Source: an uncultured Desulfarculus sp.
GTDB lineage: Bacteria; Desulfobacterota; Desulfarculia; Desulfarculales; Desulfarculaceae
Direction of reading: 5' to 3'
NCBI GenBank assembly: GCA_963665125.2
Contig: CAXXUK010000001.1
Coordinates: 1,728,001-1,792,000 of the forward strand
DNA length: 64,000 nucleotides
Shown here: positions 1 through 8,688 of the stretch, piece after piece
How positions within the stretch are numbered: position 1 is the first letter of the stretch
Layout of the letters: each line of letters begins with the position of its first letter
The notes under the pieces: generated by a model
Databases searched by the model: none
The model's input: the letters and a program-made list of their open reading frames with translations, nothing else
Told to the model about the DNA's origin: nothing
Position numbers and translations under genes: made by a program

Positions 1-156
1 CTGGGCATCGACAAACCCGGCGGCAACGACGAAGCCGTGGATTCCGCCGGCCTGGATGTCTATGATAAAGCCGTGGATACGTGTATAAATATAACCAAGT
101 TCTCACTGGACTTGGCCCGGCTGCACGGACCGGCATATTTGATCATCCCGGAGTGA
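1..156 (+). CDS. 3' end of a gene running in from outside the window (product unknown)
   Basis: Frame 1 is open from base 1 (LGIDKPGGNDEAVDS...YLIIPE) to TGA at 154-156, abutting the stop of the convergent EF-hand gene. Confidence 0.5.
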   Translation: MGIDKPGGNDEAVDSAGLDVYDKAVDTCINITKFSLDLARLHGPAYLIIPE

Positions 157-456
157 TCACCAGCGTATCACGGCGTTGCCCGGTATGTTGAACTCATTGT
201 AGTCCAGATAACCGTCGCCGTTGCTGTCATACTGGGAAAACATCCCCGCCGAATCGTTCTTGCTTTTATACAGGCGGTAATATTCATCCGGGCTCAGCCT
301 GCCGTCATGATCTTCATCCAAGGCCTCGAATATGCCTTTTTTATCCAGGGCGGGCCCGATGTTCTTTCCGGCGGCGCAACCGGAGACAAACGGCAGGGCC
401 AAGGCGCAGACAACGACCAATGCGGCCGCCAGCGGTCTCGATTCTTTTATAGGCAT
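157..456 (-). CDS. Small EF-hand calcium-binding lipoprotein
   Basis: Signal peptide with lipobox-like FVSGC; two canonical EF loops, DEDHDGRLSPDE and DSNGDGYLDYNE. Confidence 0.8.
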   Translation of the reverse strand: MPIKESRPLAAALVVVCALALPFVSGCAAGKNIGPALDKKGIFEALDEDHDGRLSPDEYYRLYKSKNDSAGMFSQYDSNGDGYLDYNEFNIPGNAVIRW

Positions 457-536
457 GTCCCTTCCCCCATAATATTCACGTTAAATTCAGCCGCCCCTTG
501 CAGGGCCTGGGCTGTTGCTACATAGTTACGGCAGCT

Positions 537-1325
537 ATGTTTACGATCAAGAAAATAATCAGTGTATTCGTCATGCCCCTGGGCCTGGTCGTCGTCGTCT
601 GGCTGGCCGGGGCGGCGCTGTTTTTCTGGAAGAAACGGCGTGGCCTGGGCGGCAGTCTCATGGTCATAGCCGCCCTGCTGCTGATCGCCCTTTCCCTGCC
701 GCTGGTAGGCCAGGCCCTTTTGCGGCCTTTGGAAACCGATGCGGGCTCTTATGCCGAACCACAGGCCCTGGCCCTGGCCGGGGTCCGGGATGTCGTAGTC
801 TTGGCCGGAGGCACCAACACCGGCCGGCGGCCCGTGTCGGACAAACTCAGCCAGTCCAGCCTCAAGCGCCTGATCGAAGGCGTGCGCCTGTGGCGTAGTC
901 TGCCCAGGGGCCGGCTGATCCTCTCGGGCGGGGTGCTCAGCGGCGAGGTAAGCAGCGCCAGGCGCATGGCCGATCTGGCCCAGGCCATGGGCGTACCGCC
1001 CCACGCCATTGTGCTCGAAGACCAATCAAAAGATACAGCCGACGAGGCCAGGCTGCTGGTCCCCCTGCTCAGCGGGCAGTCCTTCGCCCTGGTCACCTCG
1101 GCCAGCCACATGCCCCGCTCCATGGCCCTGTTCAAAGCCCAGGGGCTGGACCCGGTGCCCGCTCCCACGGATTTCCGCTCCACCTCGGACGAGCCGTGGT
1201 ATGTATACGCCTTACCCTGTATTGAAGGTCTTTATATGAGTTCCGCGGCCTTTCATGAATACTTGGGCCTGCTGTGGGCCCGCTTTCACGGTTTCTGGCC
1301 GCCGCAAATGGAGCCTGCCCCATGA
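537..1325 (+). CDS. YdcF/ElyC (DUF218) family envelope protein
   Basis: N-terminal TM helices, [46 protein letters not shown] motifs; ATG 537 chosen. Confidence 0.85.
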   Translation: MFTIKKIISVFVMPLGLVVVVWLAGAALFFWKKRRGLGGSLMVIAALLLIALSLPLVGQALLRPLETDAGSYAEPQALALAGVRDVVVLAGGTNTGRRPVSDKLSQSSLKRLIEGVRLWRSLPRGRLILSGGVLSGEVSSARRMADLAQAMGVPPHAIVLEDQSKDTADEARLLVPLLSGQSFALVTSASHMPRSMALFKAQGLDPVPAPTDFRSTSDEPWYVYALPCIEGLYMSSAAFHEYLGLLWARFHGFWPPQMEPAP

Positions 1326-3214
1326 GCCCCATGACTCCTCCTGACAAATTCGACGTCATCGTGGTGGGCGGAGGTCACGCCGGTTGCGAGGCGGCCCTTG
1401 CCGCGGCCCGCATGGGCCAAAAATGCCTATTGGTCACCATCAACCTCGACCACATAGCCGCCCTTAGCTGCAACCCCGCCGTGGGCGGCCTGGCCAAGGG
1501 GCACCTGGTGCGCGAGATCGACGCCATGGGCGGCCAGATGGGCTTGGCGGCCGACGCGGCGGGCATCCAGTTCCGCTTATTAAACCGCAGCAAGGGCGCG
1601 GCGGTGTGGTCAAGCCGGGCCCAGGTGGACATGGACCGCTACCCCAAATACATGCGGGGCGTCTGCCTGAACCAGGACTCGTTGTGGCTGTTGGATTCCA
1701 AGGCCCGGGGCCTGATCATCGAAAACGGCCGGGCTACGGGCGTGACCACCGACCGGGGACACCGCATCGAGGCCCGGGCGGTTGTTTTGACCACGGGCAC
1801 CTTTCTGCGGGGCCTGATCCACGTGGGCCTGCGCAACTGGCCGGCCGGCCGCATGGGCGACCCTTCCGCCGAAGCCCTTTCGGCCCAACTCAAAGACCTG
1901 GGCCTGAATCTGGGCCGCCTGAAAACCGGCACTTGCCCCCGCCTGGACGCACGGACCGTGGACCTGGACAGCCTGGAGACCCAGCCCGGCGACGACGACC
2001 CGCGCATGTTCAGCTTTTTGTCCCAAAAGCCCAAACTGCCCCAGATGCCATGCTGGGTCACGGGCACCAATGAAAAGACCCACGAAATCATCCGGGCCCA
2101 CCTGGACCAGTCACCGCTGTACGCCGGGGTGATAACCGGCGTGGGCGCCCGCTACTGCCCGTCCATCGAGGACAAGGTGGTGCGCTTTCCCGAACGGGGC
2201 GGCCACCAGGTCTTCCTGGAGCCCCAGGGCCTGGAAAGCGGCCTGCTCTACCCCAACGGCATCCCCACCTCGTTGCCCCTGGAGGCCCAGGTGGGCATGG
2301 TCCGCTCTTTGCCCGGCTGCGAAAACGCCTTTATCGTGCGGCCGGGCTATGCCATTGAATACGACTACAGCGATCCCCTGGACCTGAAGCCCACCTTCGA
2401 GTCCAAGATCGTGCCGGGGCTGTATCTGGCCGGGCAGATCAACGGCACCAGCGGCTATGAAGAGGCCGCGGCCCAGGGCCTATGGGCTGGGGTCAACGCG
2501 GTGCTGGCCCTGCGTGGCGAAGATCCGCTGGTCCTGGACCGCAGCCAGGCCTACATGGCCGTATTGGCCGACGATCTGGTGACCAAGGGCACGGGAGAGC
2601 CCTACCGCATGTTCACCAGCCGTGCCGAGTACCGCCTGAGCCTGCGGGAAGACAACGCCGACGTGCGCCTGAGCCGCATCGGCCGGGACATCGGCCTGGT
2701 CGACGACACCCGCTGGGCCGTGTTTTCGGCCAAATTGGAGGCCCTGCACAAAGCCGCTGAACTGCTCCGGGAGGTGCGCATCAACCCCACCAAAGACATC
2801 TTGGATGCTTTGGAACGCCTGGGCACCGGATCGTTGACCAAGCCCCTGAGCGCCGCCGAGGTGCTGCGGCGGCCGGGCATGGACCTGGCCAAGCTGGCCA
2901 CCCTGCACCCGGCCCTGGAGCCGCTGAAGGACCTCGGGCCCGAGGTGGCCACTCAAATCGAAATAGAAACCCACTACGCCGGATACGTGGAGCAGGAGCG
3001 CCAGCGGGTGGAGCAATTCAAGGCCAAGGAATCGGTGACCTTGCCGGCGGACATGGAATACGGCGTCATCGCCGGGCTCAGCCGGGAGGTGGTCGAAAAA
3101 CTCAGCCGTATCAAACCGGCCAACCTGGGCCAGGCCGGACGCATCAGTGGCGTGACCCCGGCGGCCCTGACCCTGATAAGCTTTCACGTGGGGCGCATGC
3201 GGCCAACCAATTGA
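1322..3214 (+). CDS. mnmG: tRNA uridine-5-carboxymethylaminomethyl(34) synthesis enzyme MnmG (GidA)
   Basis: [70 protein letters not shown] overlap with upstream stop. Confidence 0.97.
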   Translation: MSPMTPPDKFDVIVVGGGHAGCEAALAAARMGQKCLLVTINLDHIAALSCNPAVGGLAKGHLVREIDAMGGQMGLAADAAGIQFRLLNRSKGAAVWSSRAQVDMDRYPKYMRGVCLNQDSLWLLDSKARGLIIENGRATGVTTDRGHRIEARAVVLTTGTFLRGLIHVGLRNWPAGRMGDPSAEALSAQLKDLGLNLGRLKTGTCPRLDARTVDLDSLETQPGDDDPRMFSFLSQKPKLPQMPCWVTGTNEKTHEIIRAHLDQSPLYAGVITGVGARYCPSIEDKVVRFPERGGHQVFLEPQGLESGLLYPNGIPTSLPLEAQVGMVRSLPGCENAFIVRPGYAIEYDYSDPLDLKPTFESKIVPGLYLAGQINGTSGYEEAAAQGLWAGVNAVLALRGEDPLVLDRSQAYMAVLADDLVTKGTGEPYRMFTSRAEYRLSLREDNADVRLSRIGRDIGLVDDTRWAVFSAKLEALHKAAELLREVRINPTKDILDALERLGTGSLTKPLSAAEVLRRPGMDLAKLATLHPALEPLKDLGPEVATQIEIETHYAGYVEQERQRVEQFKAKESVTLPADMEYGVIAGLSREVVEKLSRIKPANLGQAGRISGVTPAALTLISFHVGRMRPTN

Positions 3215-3407
3215 AGCACCTTGTTTATTGGTTTTGATTGAGCTATATTCCGGGTTTGGTGGCAGGCTGTTTCAGCGGCATCCGCGGCGCCGCCAAACCG
3301 GCAATGGTTTTATTTGGCCTGCATATATCGCGGGGAGTGGCATCATCAGTTTCAAACGCAAAAAAAACAAGCTGGGCAATACAGGGCTTCAGGCGTCCCT
3401 GGCGGCC

Positions 3408-3980
3408 ATGGTGCCTTCCTGGATCAGCCCCAACATGCTCACGGTGTTCAGGCTGGTGCTCACGTCGTCCATCGTCCTGGTCGATGTCTACGGCCTTACT
3501 CTGTGGTGGGTCCTGCTCCTGGGCTTTATCGCCGGGATAACCGACTTTCTCGACGGCGCCGTGGCCAGGGAGCGGGGCCAGATAACCCAACTGGGCTCGT
3601 ACCTTGATCCGCTGTGCGACAAGGTTCTGGCCGTGGTGGTGGGCTATGTCCTATGGCGGCGGGGCGTATTGCCGGGCCTGCCGTTGCTTTTGGTCATGCT
3701 GGCCGAGACTCACGCCATTATCTTGCCGATATTGCACATAATCAGGCGCAGCATCACCAGGCAGCCGCTGACGCCCCTGCCCCAGGCCAAGGCCAACGTG
3801 TTCGGCAAGTGGAAATTCGGCGCCCTCGGCTGGGGCATGGCCGTTCTCATCGTCGGTCACTTGACCGGATGGGTCGTGGCCGACGGCATCGGCATGTTCG
3901 GCATGTGGTTTGCCGTTGTGTTGGGCTGGATGGCCTTTGCCCGTTATATTTATGACTGGGCCAAGGGAGAATGGGCCTGA
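3408..3980 (+). CDS. CDP-alcohol phosphatidyltransferase family protein (start uncertain; frame open from 3228)
   Basis: PNMLTVFR and signature TDFLDGAVARERGQITQLGSYLDPLCDK; multiple TM segments. Confidence 0.85.
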   Translation: MVPSWISPNMLTVFRLVLTSSIVLVDVYGLTLWWVLLLGFIAGITDFLDGAVARERGQITQLGSYLDPLCDKVLAVVVGYVLWRRGVLPGLPLLLVMLAETHAIILPILHIIRRSITRQPLTPLPQAKANVFGKWKFGALGWGMAVLIVGHLTGWVVADGIGMFGMWFAVVLGWMAFARYIYDWAKGEWA

Positions 3981-4094
3981 CCCTGGTTTTCATCGGGGCG
4001 TCATGGCAATTACAAATAAATCAGTGCGCCACCAATGCCTGCCCGCCTGATCGGCGGAAAGACAAAGGCCAAGCCGTAAACCCGGATCATTGAC

Positions 4095-4835
4095 ATGAGC
4101 GACAAAGCTGGCAACGCAATCCACGAAGGCGGGATTTACAAGGAAACCCATAAGGGCAAGGTCGGCACCGGCGACACCACCAGGGATTCAACCATTGAAA
4201 CCTATTGGATAGCCCACGACCAGGGCGGCCAGGTTCAATTGGAGTTGCTGGACATGAACCACGAGCCCAGCGGGTACAAGGAAACCGTGGAATACTCCGA
4301 ACTGGCCAACCGTTTCGTGTACCAGGAAGGCTTCGAGCCGGTAAAGCAGACACCCCAGCAACGCCAGGCCGACCGGCACGCGGCCAGGGGTGAACGGCAC
4401 CTGGAGAACAATGAATACCTGTCGGCCGAATTCGAGTTCAACAAATCGCTGAAAAGCGAAGAAGACAATGTGCGGGCCAATTTCGGACTTGGCAAGACTT
4501 ACGTGGCCATGGGCGATCAGGATAAAGCCCGCGAGCAGTTCAAAAAACTGGTCGACATCGATGAGTTGCTTGACCCTAAACACAAGCATATTTTTAATGA
4601 ATTCGGCATCCAACTGCGCAAAATGGGCATGTATGCCGAGGCGGTCAAGCATTATCATAAGGCATTGAATATAGAAAAAACCGATGAGAACCTGTGGTTC
4701 AACCTTGGCCGGGCCCTTTGCGAGGGCGGCATGCTGGCCAAAGGCAAGGCCGCCCTGCAGCGGGCCCTGCAAATAAACCCGGAACTCATGGAAGCCAAAG
4801 TGCTGATCGCGGCACTGGAAAAAAGAGGCCTTTAA
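4095..4835 (+). CDS. Tetratricopeptide-repeat protein with uncharacterised N-terminal domain
   Basis: C-terminal TPRs (ANFGLGKTY, FNEFGIQLRK, LWFNLGRAL). Confidence 0.8.
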   Translation: MSDKAGNAIHEGGIYKETHKGKVGTGDTTRDSTIETYWIAHDQGGQVQLELLDMNHEPSGYKETVEYSELANRFVYQEGFEPVKQTPQQRQADRHAARGERHLENNEYLSAEFEFNKSLKSEEDNVRANFGLGKTYVAMGDQDKAREQFKKLVDIDELLDPKHKHIFNEFGIQLRKMGMYAEAVKHYHKALNIEKTDENLWFNLGRALCEGGMLAKGKAALQRALQINPELMEAKVLIAALEKRGL

Positions 4836-4855
4836 ACGGCCTGGAGTAGATTGTT

Positions 4856-5503
4856 TTGATAGCCATAATCAACTATGAAGCGGGCAACCTGACCAGCGTG
4901 GAGCGGGCCTTGCGCAGCCTTGGGGCGGATTGCAAGATCACCCAGGACGCCGCAGAGATCGCCGCCGCCGACCGGGTGATTTTTCCAGGCGTGGGCGCGG
5001 CAGGCTCGGCCACCGAAAGCCTGCGCAGGCTGGGTCTGGACCTTGCCCTGCGCCAGGCCCTCAGCGCCGGAAAGCCGGTCATGGGCATTTGCCTGGGAAC
5101 CCAGATCATCTTTGAATCTTCCGAGGAAGACAACGCCACATGCCTGGGTCTGTTGCCCGGCAAGACGGTGAAGTTCCTCGGCTCGTTGACCGACGAGGAC
5201 GGACGGGCCATCAAGATCCCCCACATGGGCTGGAACCGCGTCAGTTTCCGCAGGCCACACCCCGTCTTCGCCGGAGTGCCCGGCGAGGCCGAGTTCTATT
5301 TCGTGCACTCATACCACCCGGCTCCGGCCAATCCCGATGACATCATCGGGGTGACCGGCTACGGCCATGAATTCGCCTCGGTGGTAGCTCGAAACAACCT
5401 GGTGGCCATGCAGTTCCACCCGGAAAAATCCGGCCGCCCCGGCCTACGGATTCTGCGGAATTTCACCGCCTGGGACGGCAAGGAGGCCGCCGATGCTGTC
5501 TAA
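4856..5503 (+). CDS. hisH: Imidazole glycerol phosphate synthase glutaminase subunit
   Basis: [42 protein letters not shown] start after GGAG. Confidence 0.95.
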   Translation: MIAIINYEAGNLTSVERALRSLGADCKITQDAAEIAAADRVIFPGVGAAGSATESLRRLGLDLALRQALSAGKPVMGICLGTQIIFESSEEDNATCLGLLPGKTVKFLGSLTDEDGRAIKIPHMGWNRVSFRRPHPVFAGVPGEAEFYFVHSYHPAPANPDDIIGVTGYGHEFASVVARNNLVAMQFHPEKSGRPGLRILRNFTAWDGKEAADAV

Positions 5504-6272
5504 GAGAATCATCCCCTGCCTGGACGTGCGCGATGGCAAACTGACCAAGGGCATCAAGTTCAAGGGCAACGTGGACATCGGCGATCCCGTGGAGATGGCT
5601 GCGTTCTACTATGAAGAAGGCGCCGACGAGTTGGTGTTTTACGACATCACGGCCAGTCACGAGCGCCGGGGCATCATGCTCGACGTGGTGCGCCGGGTGG
5701 CCGAGACGATCTTTATCCCATTTTCAGTGGGCGGCGGCCTGGCGGGCCTGTCGGACATGTACGACGTTCTGGCGGCCGGGGCCGAAAAGGTCAGCGTCAA
5801 TTCCCAGGCCGTGAAAAACCCCGACATCATCAGCGAGGGGGCCAGGCGTTTCGGCAACCAGTGCGTGGTTTTGGGCATGGACGTGCTGCGGGTGGAAAAG
5901 ACCCCGCAGATCCCCAGCGGTTACGAAATCGTCATCCACGGCGGCCGCAAACAGATGGGCATCGATGCGGTGGAGTGGGCCAAGCGGGCCCAGGACCTGG
6001 GCGCGGGCGAGATATGTCTAAACAGCATCGACGCAGACGGCACCAGGGAAGGCTATGAGCTGAATCTGACCCGGATCATCTCCGAAGCCGTGAGCATCCC
6101 GGTGATCGCCTCGGGCGGCGCGGGCATACCCCAGCATCTGGCCGATGTCCTGGCCCAGGCCAAGGCCGACGCCGCGCTGATAGCATCAATGACCCACTAT
6201 GGCGACTACACGGTGGCCGAAATCAAACAGCACCTGAGCGCCCAGGGCATCAAGGTGCGCAACTACTGGTAG
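5493..6272 (+). CDS. hisF: Imidazole glycerol phosphate synthase cyclase subunit
   Basis: [49 protein letters not shown]. Confidence 0.96.
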   Translation: MLSKRIIPCLDVRDGKLTKGIKFKGNVDIGDPVEMAAFYYEEGADELVFYDITASHERRGIMLDVVRRVAETIFIPFSVGGGLAGLSDMYDVLAAGAEKVSVNSQAVKNPDIISEGARRFGNQCVVLGMDVLRVEKTPQIPSGYEIVIHGGRKQMGIDAVEWAKRAQDLGAGEICLNSIDADGTREGYELNLTRIISEAVSIPVIASGGAGIPQHLADVLAQAKADAALIASMTHYGDYTVAEIKQHLSAQGIKVRNYW

Positions 6273-6282
6273 GCAATTGCTT

Positions 6283-7089
6283 ATGATCGCCCCGGCTGAT
6301 TTGTTTGATCTGGAAGGCCTGACCCATGCCGCGCTTTTCGACGGCGTGGACCAGGTCTGGCAGGCCCTGGACCGCATCAAGCCTTTCACGGCCCGGCTCG
6401 TCGAGCGCGACGGCCTGACCGGCAAGCTGCTGCGGGAGGCCTTTGGCGAGGTGATGCCCGTGACCGTGGTCATTCACCGGGGCATGGCCTATGAGGACAA
6501 TTACTGCCTCATGGGCGGCGATCCCACCAAGGGCTCCATGTGCGTGAGCATCGACGGCGTCGAGGTCACCGACGCCACGGTCATCCACGCCAGCGCGGCG
6601 TTCATGAGCGACGACATCCACCTGGCGCCCGGCGTCAAGGTGGAGCCCGGCGCGCTGCTGAAGGGCCCGGCCTACATCGGCCCGGGCACGGAAGTGCGCC
6701 AGGGGGCCTATGTCCGCGGCTCGGTCCTGGTGGGCCGGGGCTGCGTGGTGGGCCACGCCACGGAGCTGAAAAACGCGGTCATGCTCGACGGAGCCAAGGC
6801 CGGGCACTTCGCCTATCTGGGCGATTCCATCCTGGGGCGCGAATGCAACCTGGGCGCGGGCACCAAGCTGGCCAACCTCAAGATCGTCGAAAGCCCCTAC
6901 CGTATCAAGATCGGTGACGAAGCCTATGTAATCAAGCGCCGTAAATTCGGGGCCATCATGGGCGACGGCTGCGAAACCGGCTGCAACAGCGTGACCAACC
7001 CGGGCACCATCCTGGGCAGGCGGAGCCTGGTGGCTCCCTGTGTCAGCGTGCCGCCGGGCTTCCACAAGAACCGCTCGGTCATCAGGTAG
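6283..7089 (+). CDS. Left-handed beta-helix (hexapeptide repeat) transferase, GlmU C-terminal-like, without nucleotidyltransferase domain
   Basis: Hexapeptide repeats, GHATELKN, HFAYLGDSILG, NLGAGTKLAN, RRKFGAIMGD. Confidence 0.85.
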   Translation: MIAPADLFDLEGLTHAALFDGVDQVWQALDRIKPFTARLVERDGLTGKLLREAFGEVMPVTVVIHRGMAYEDNYCLMGGDPTKGSMCVSIDGVEVTDATVIHASAAFMSDDIHLAPGVKVEPGALLKGPAYIGPGTEVRQGAYVRGSVLVGRGCVVGHATELKNAVMLDGAKAGHFAYLGDSILGRECNLGAGTKLANLKIVESPYRIKIGDEAYVIKRRKFGAIMGDGCETGCNSVTNPGTILGRRSLVAPCVSVPPGFHKNRSVIR

Positions 7090-7091
7090 GC

Positions 7092-8237
7092 GTGGCCGAT
7101 ATCCTGCACATAGCGCGGTCCGGCCATTCCGGGCCGCGTCTGCTTTTTATAGAGCCCTACATGACCCACAGCCACCAGGCGTTCGCCCAGGAGCTCGTGG
7201 CCCATGTGCCGGGCCGCTGGACCCTGCTGGGCCTGCCAGGGCGGAACTTCCGTTGGCGCATGCGCGGGGCGCCGCTGTTTCTGGCCCAACAGGCCGCCGG
7301 TATCCTGCAAGAGCCCTGGGACGGCCTGGTCTGCTCGTCCATGCTGGGCCTGGCCGAACTGCGGGGCCTGGTCTCGGACCTGCCAAACGTACCGGCCGTT
7401 GTGGTTTTTCACGAAAACCAGTTGGCCTATCCCGCGCCGGGCCAGGCCGACTCCGCCATGCAGCGCCGGGACCTTTACCTGGCCCTGAGCAACATCAGCA
7501 CGGCTACATCAGCCCGGCGCGTCGTATTCAACTCGCGGTTTCACCGGGATCAGTTTTTGGCGGCGGCAACGGAGCTTTTCGCCAAACTGCCGGACATGCG
7601 GCCCCAGGGCCTGGTGGACAAGATTGCCGGGCGCTCCAGGGTGTTGCCCATACCCGTTGCCCCGGGCGAGGCCCACGGATTCAACCGGGAATCGCGCACG
7701 GGCCCATTGCGCCTTGTCTGGAACCACCGTTGGGAGCACGACAAGGACCCCGAGGCCCTGTTCAAGGCCCTGTTCGGCCTGGCCGACAGCGGCGCGGACT
7801 TCCAGGCGGCAGTGATCGGCCCCCGGCCGGCCCGCTGGCCTGAGGTGTTCGACAAGGCCCCGGCCCGCCTGGGCGACCGTCTGGTCCAACTTGGCCCGGC
7901 CGATACCAGGGACCAATACTGGCAATGGCTATTCTGGGCCGACGTGGCCGTGAGCACGGCAAGGCAGGAGTATTTCGGCCTGTCCATGGCCGAGGCGGTC
8001 TGGGCCGGATGCCTGCCCGTAGCGCCCGCTGATCTGGTCTATCCGGAGTTGTATCCGCCCCAATGCCTGTACCGGCGGGGCGACCTGCAAGAGGCCCTGG
8101 CCGCTCTGGCGACCGACCCGGACCAGACGCGCCGGGGCAATTGGCGAAATCTGGCCAAGGACTTTACCTGGACGATTCAGGCTCCGGCCTGGCAAGAGGT
8201 GATCAGGGAGGCGATCGATGAACCGGAAAATGCGTAA
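7092..8237 (+). CDS. GT-B glycosyltransferase of the DUF3524 / GTDC1 (tRNA-queuosine alpha-mannosyltransferase-like) family
   Basis: EPYMTHSH, LPGRNFRWRMRG, FHENQLAYP, VFNSRFH, WNHRWEHDKDP, ADVAVSTARQEYFGLSMAEA. Confidence 0.85.
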   Translation: MADILHIARSGHSGPRLLFIEPYMTHSHQAFAQELVAHVPGRWTLLGLPGRNFRWRMRGAPLFLAQQAAGILQEPWDGLVCSSMLGLAELRGLVSDLPNVPAVVVFHENQLAYPAPGQADSAMQRRDLYLALSNISTATSARRVVFNSRFHRDQFLAAATELFAKLPDMRPQGLVDKIAGRSRVLPIPVAPGEAHGFNRESRTGPLRLVWNHRWEHDKDPEALFKALFGLADSGADFQAAVIGPRPARWPEVFDKAPARLGDRLVQLGPADTRDQYWQWLFWADVAVSTARQEYFGLSMAEAVWAGCLPVAPADLVYPELYPPQCLYRRGDLQEALAALATDPDQTRRGNWRNLAKDFTWTIQAPAWQEVIREAIDEPENA

Positions 8238-8685
8238 ACCAAAAAACGAAATCACAGGCAAGACGGAAGTGGAAAAGGCCTTGCTGGAGGCCGAGGTGCT
8301 GCACCTGGCAATGTGTCAGGAAGGCCAGCCCTATACGGTGCCCCTGAACTTCGGCTACGCCGACGGCAAGATCTATTTCCACAGCGGCAAAAAGGGCCTG
8401 AAGATGGAACTGCTCCAGGACAACCCCAAGGTCAGCTTTTCGGCCGTGGCCAACAGCAAGCCCGTGCGCGGCGAAACCCCCTGCAAATGGGACTGGAACT
8501 ATGAAAGCGTGATCGGTTTCGGGACAGCCGCCGTGGTCAGAGACGAAGCGGAAAAGCTGGCCGGGTTCCAGCTAATAATGGAGCATTACGCCGGGCCGGG
8601 CAAATATGAGTTCGCCCCGGAAAAGGCTGAAATCGCCGCGGTGGTGCGCATCGACATCGACCGGATGACCGGCAAGAAGGCCTGA
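8230..8685 (+). CDS. Pyridoxamine 5'-phosphate oxidase / NimA-like flavin-binding split-barrel protein (alternative start 8218)
   Basis: PYTVPLNFG, IYFHSGKKGLK, NPKVSF, YESVIGFG, terminal MTGK. Confidence 0.85.
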   Translation: MRKPKNEITGKTEVEKALLEAEVLHLAMCQEGQPYTVPLNFGYADGKIYFHSGKKGLKMELLQDNPKVSFSAVANSKPVRGETPCKWDWNYESVIGFGTAAVVRDEAEKLAGFQLIMEHYAGPGKYEFAPEKAEIAAVVRIDIDRMTGKKA

Positions 8686-8688
8686 CGG

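Noticed and set aside
4856..6272. hisH/hisF as polysaccharide-locus paralogues (WbuY/WbuZ-like) because they precede sugar-enzyme genes
   Set aside because: Both look like canonical His enzymes with catalytic motifs intact, and no N-acetyl-sugar amidotransferase gene accompanies them.
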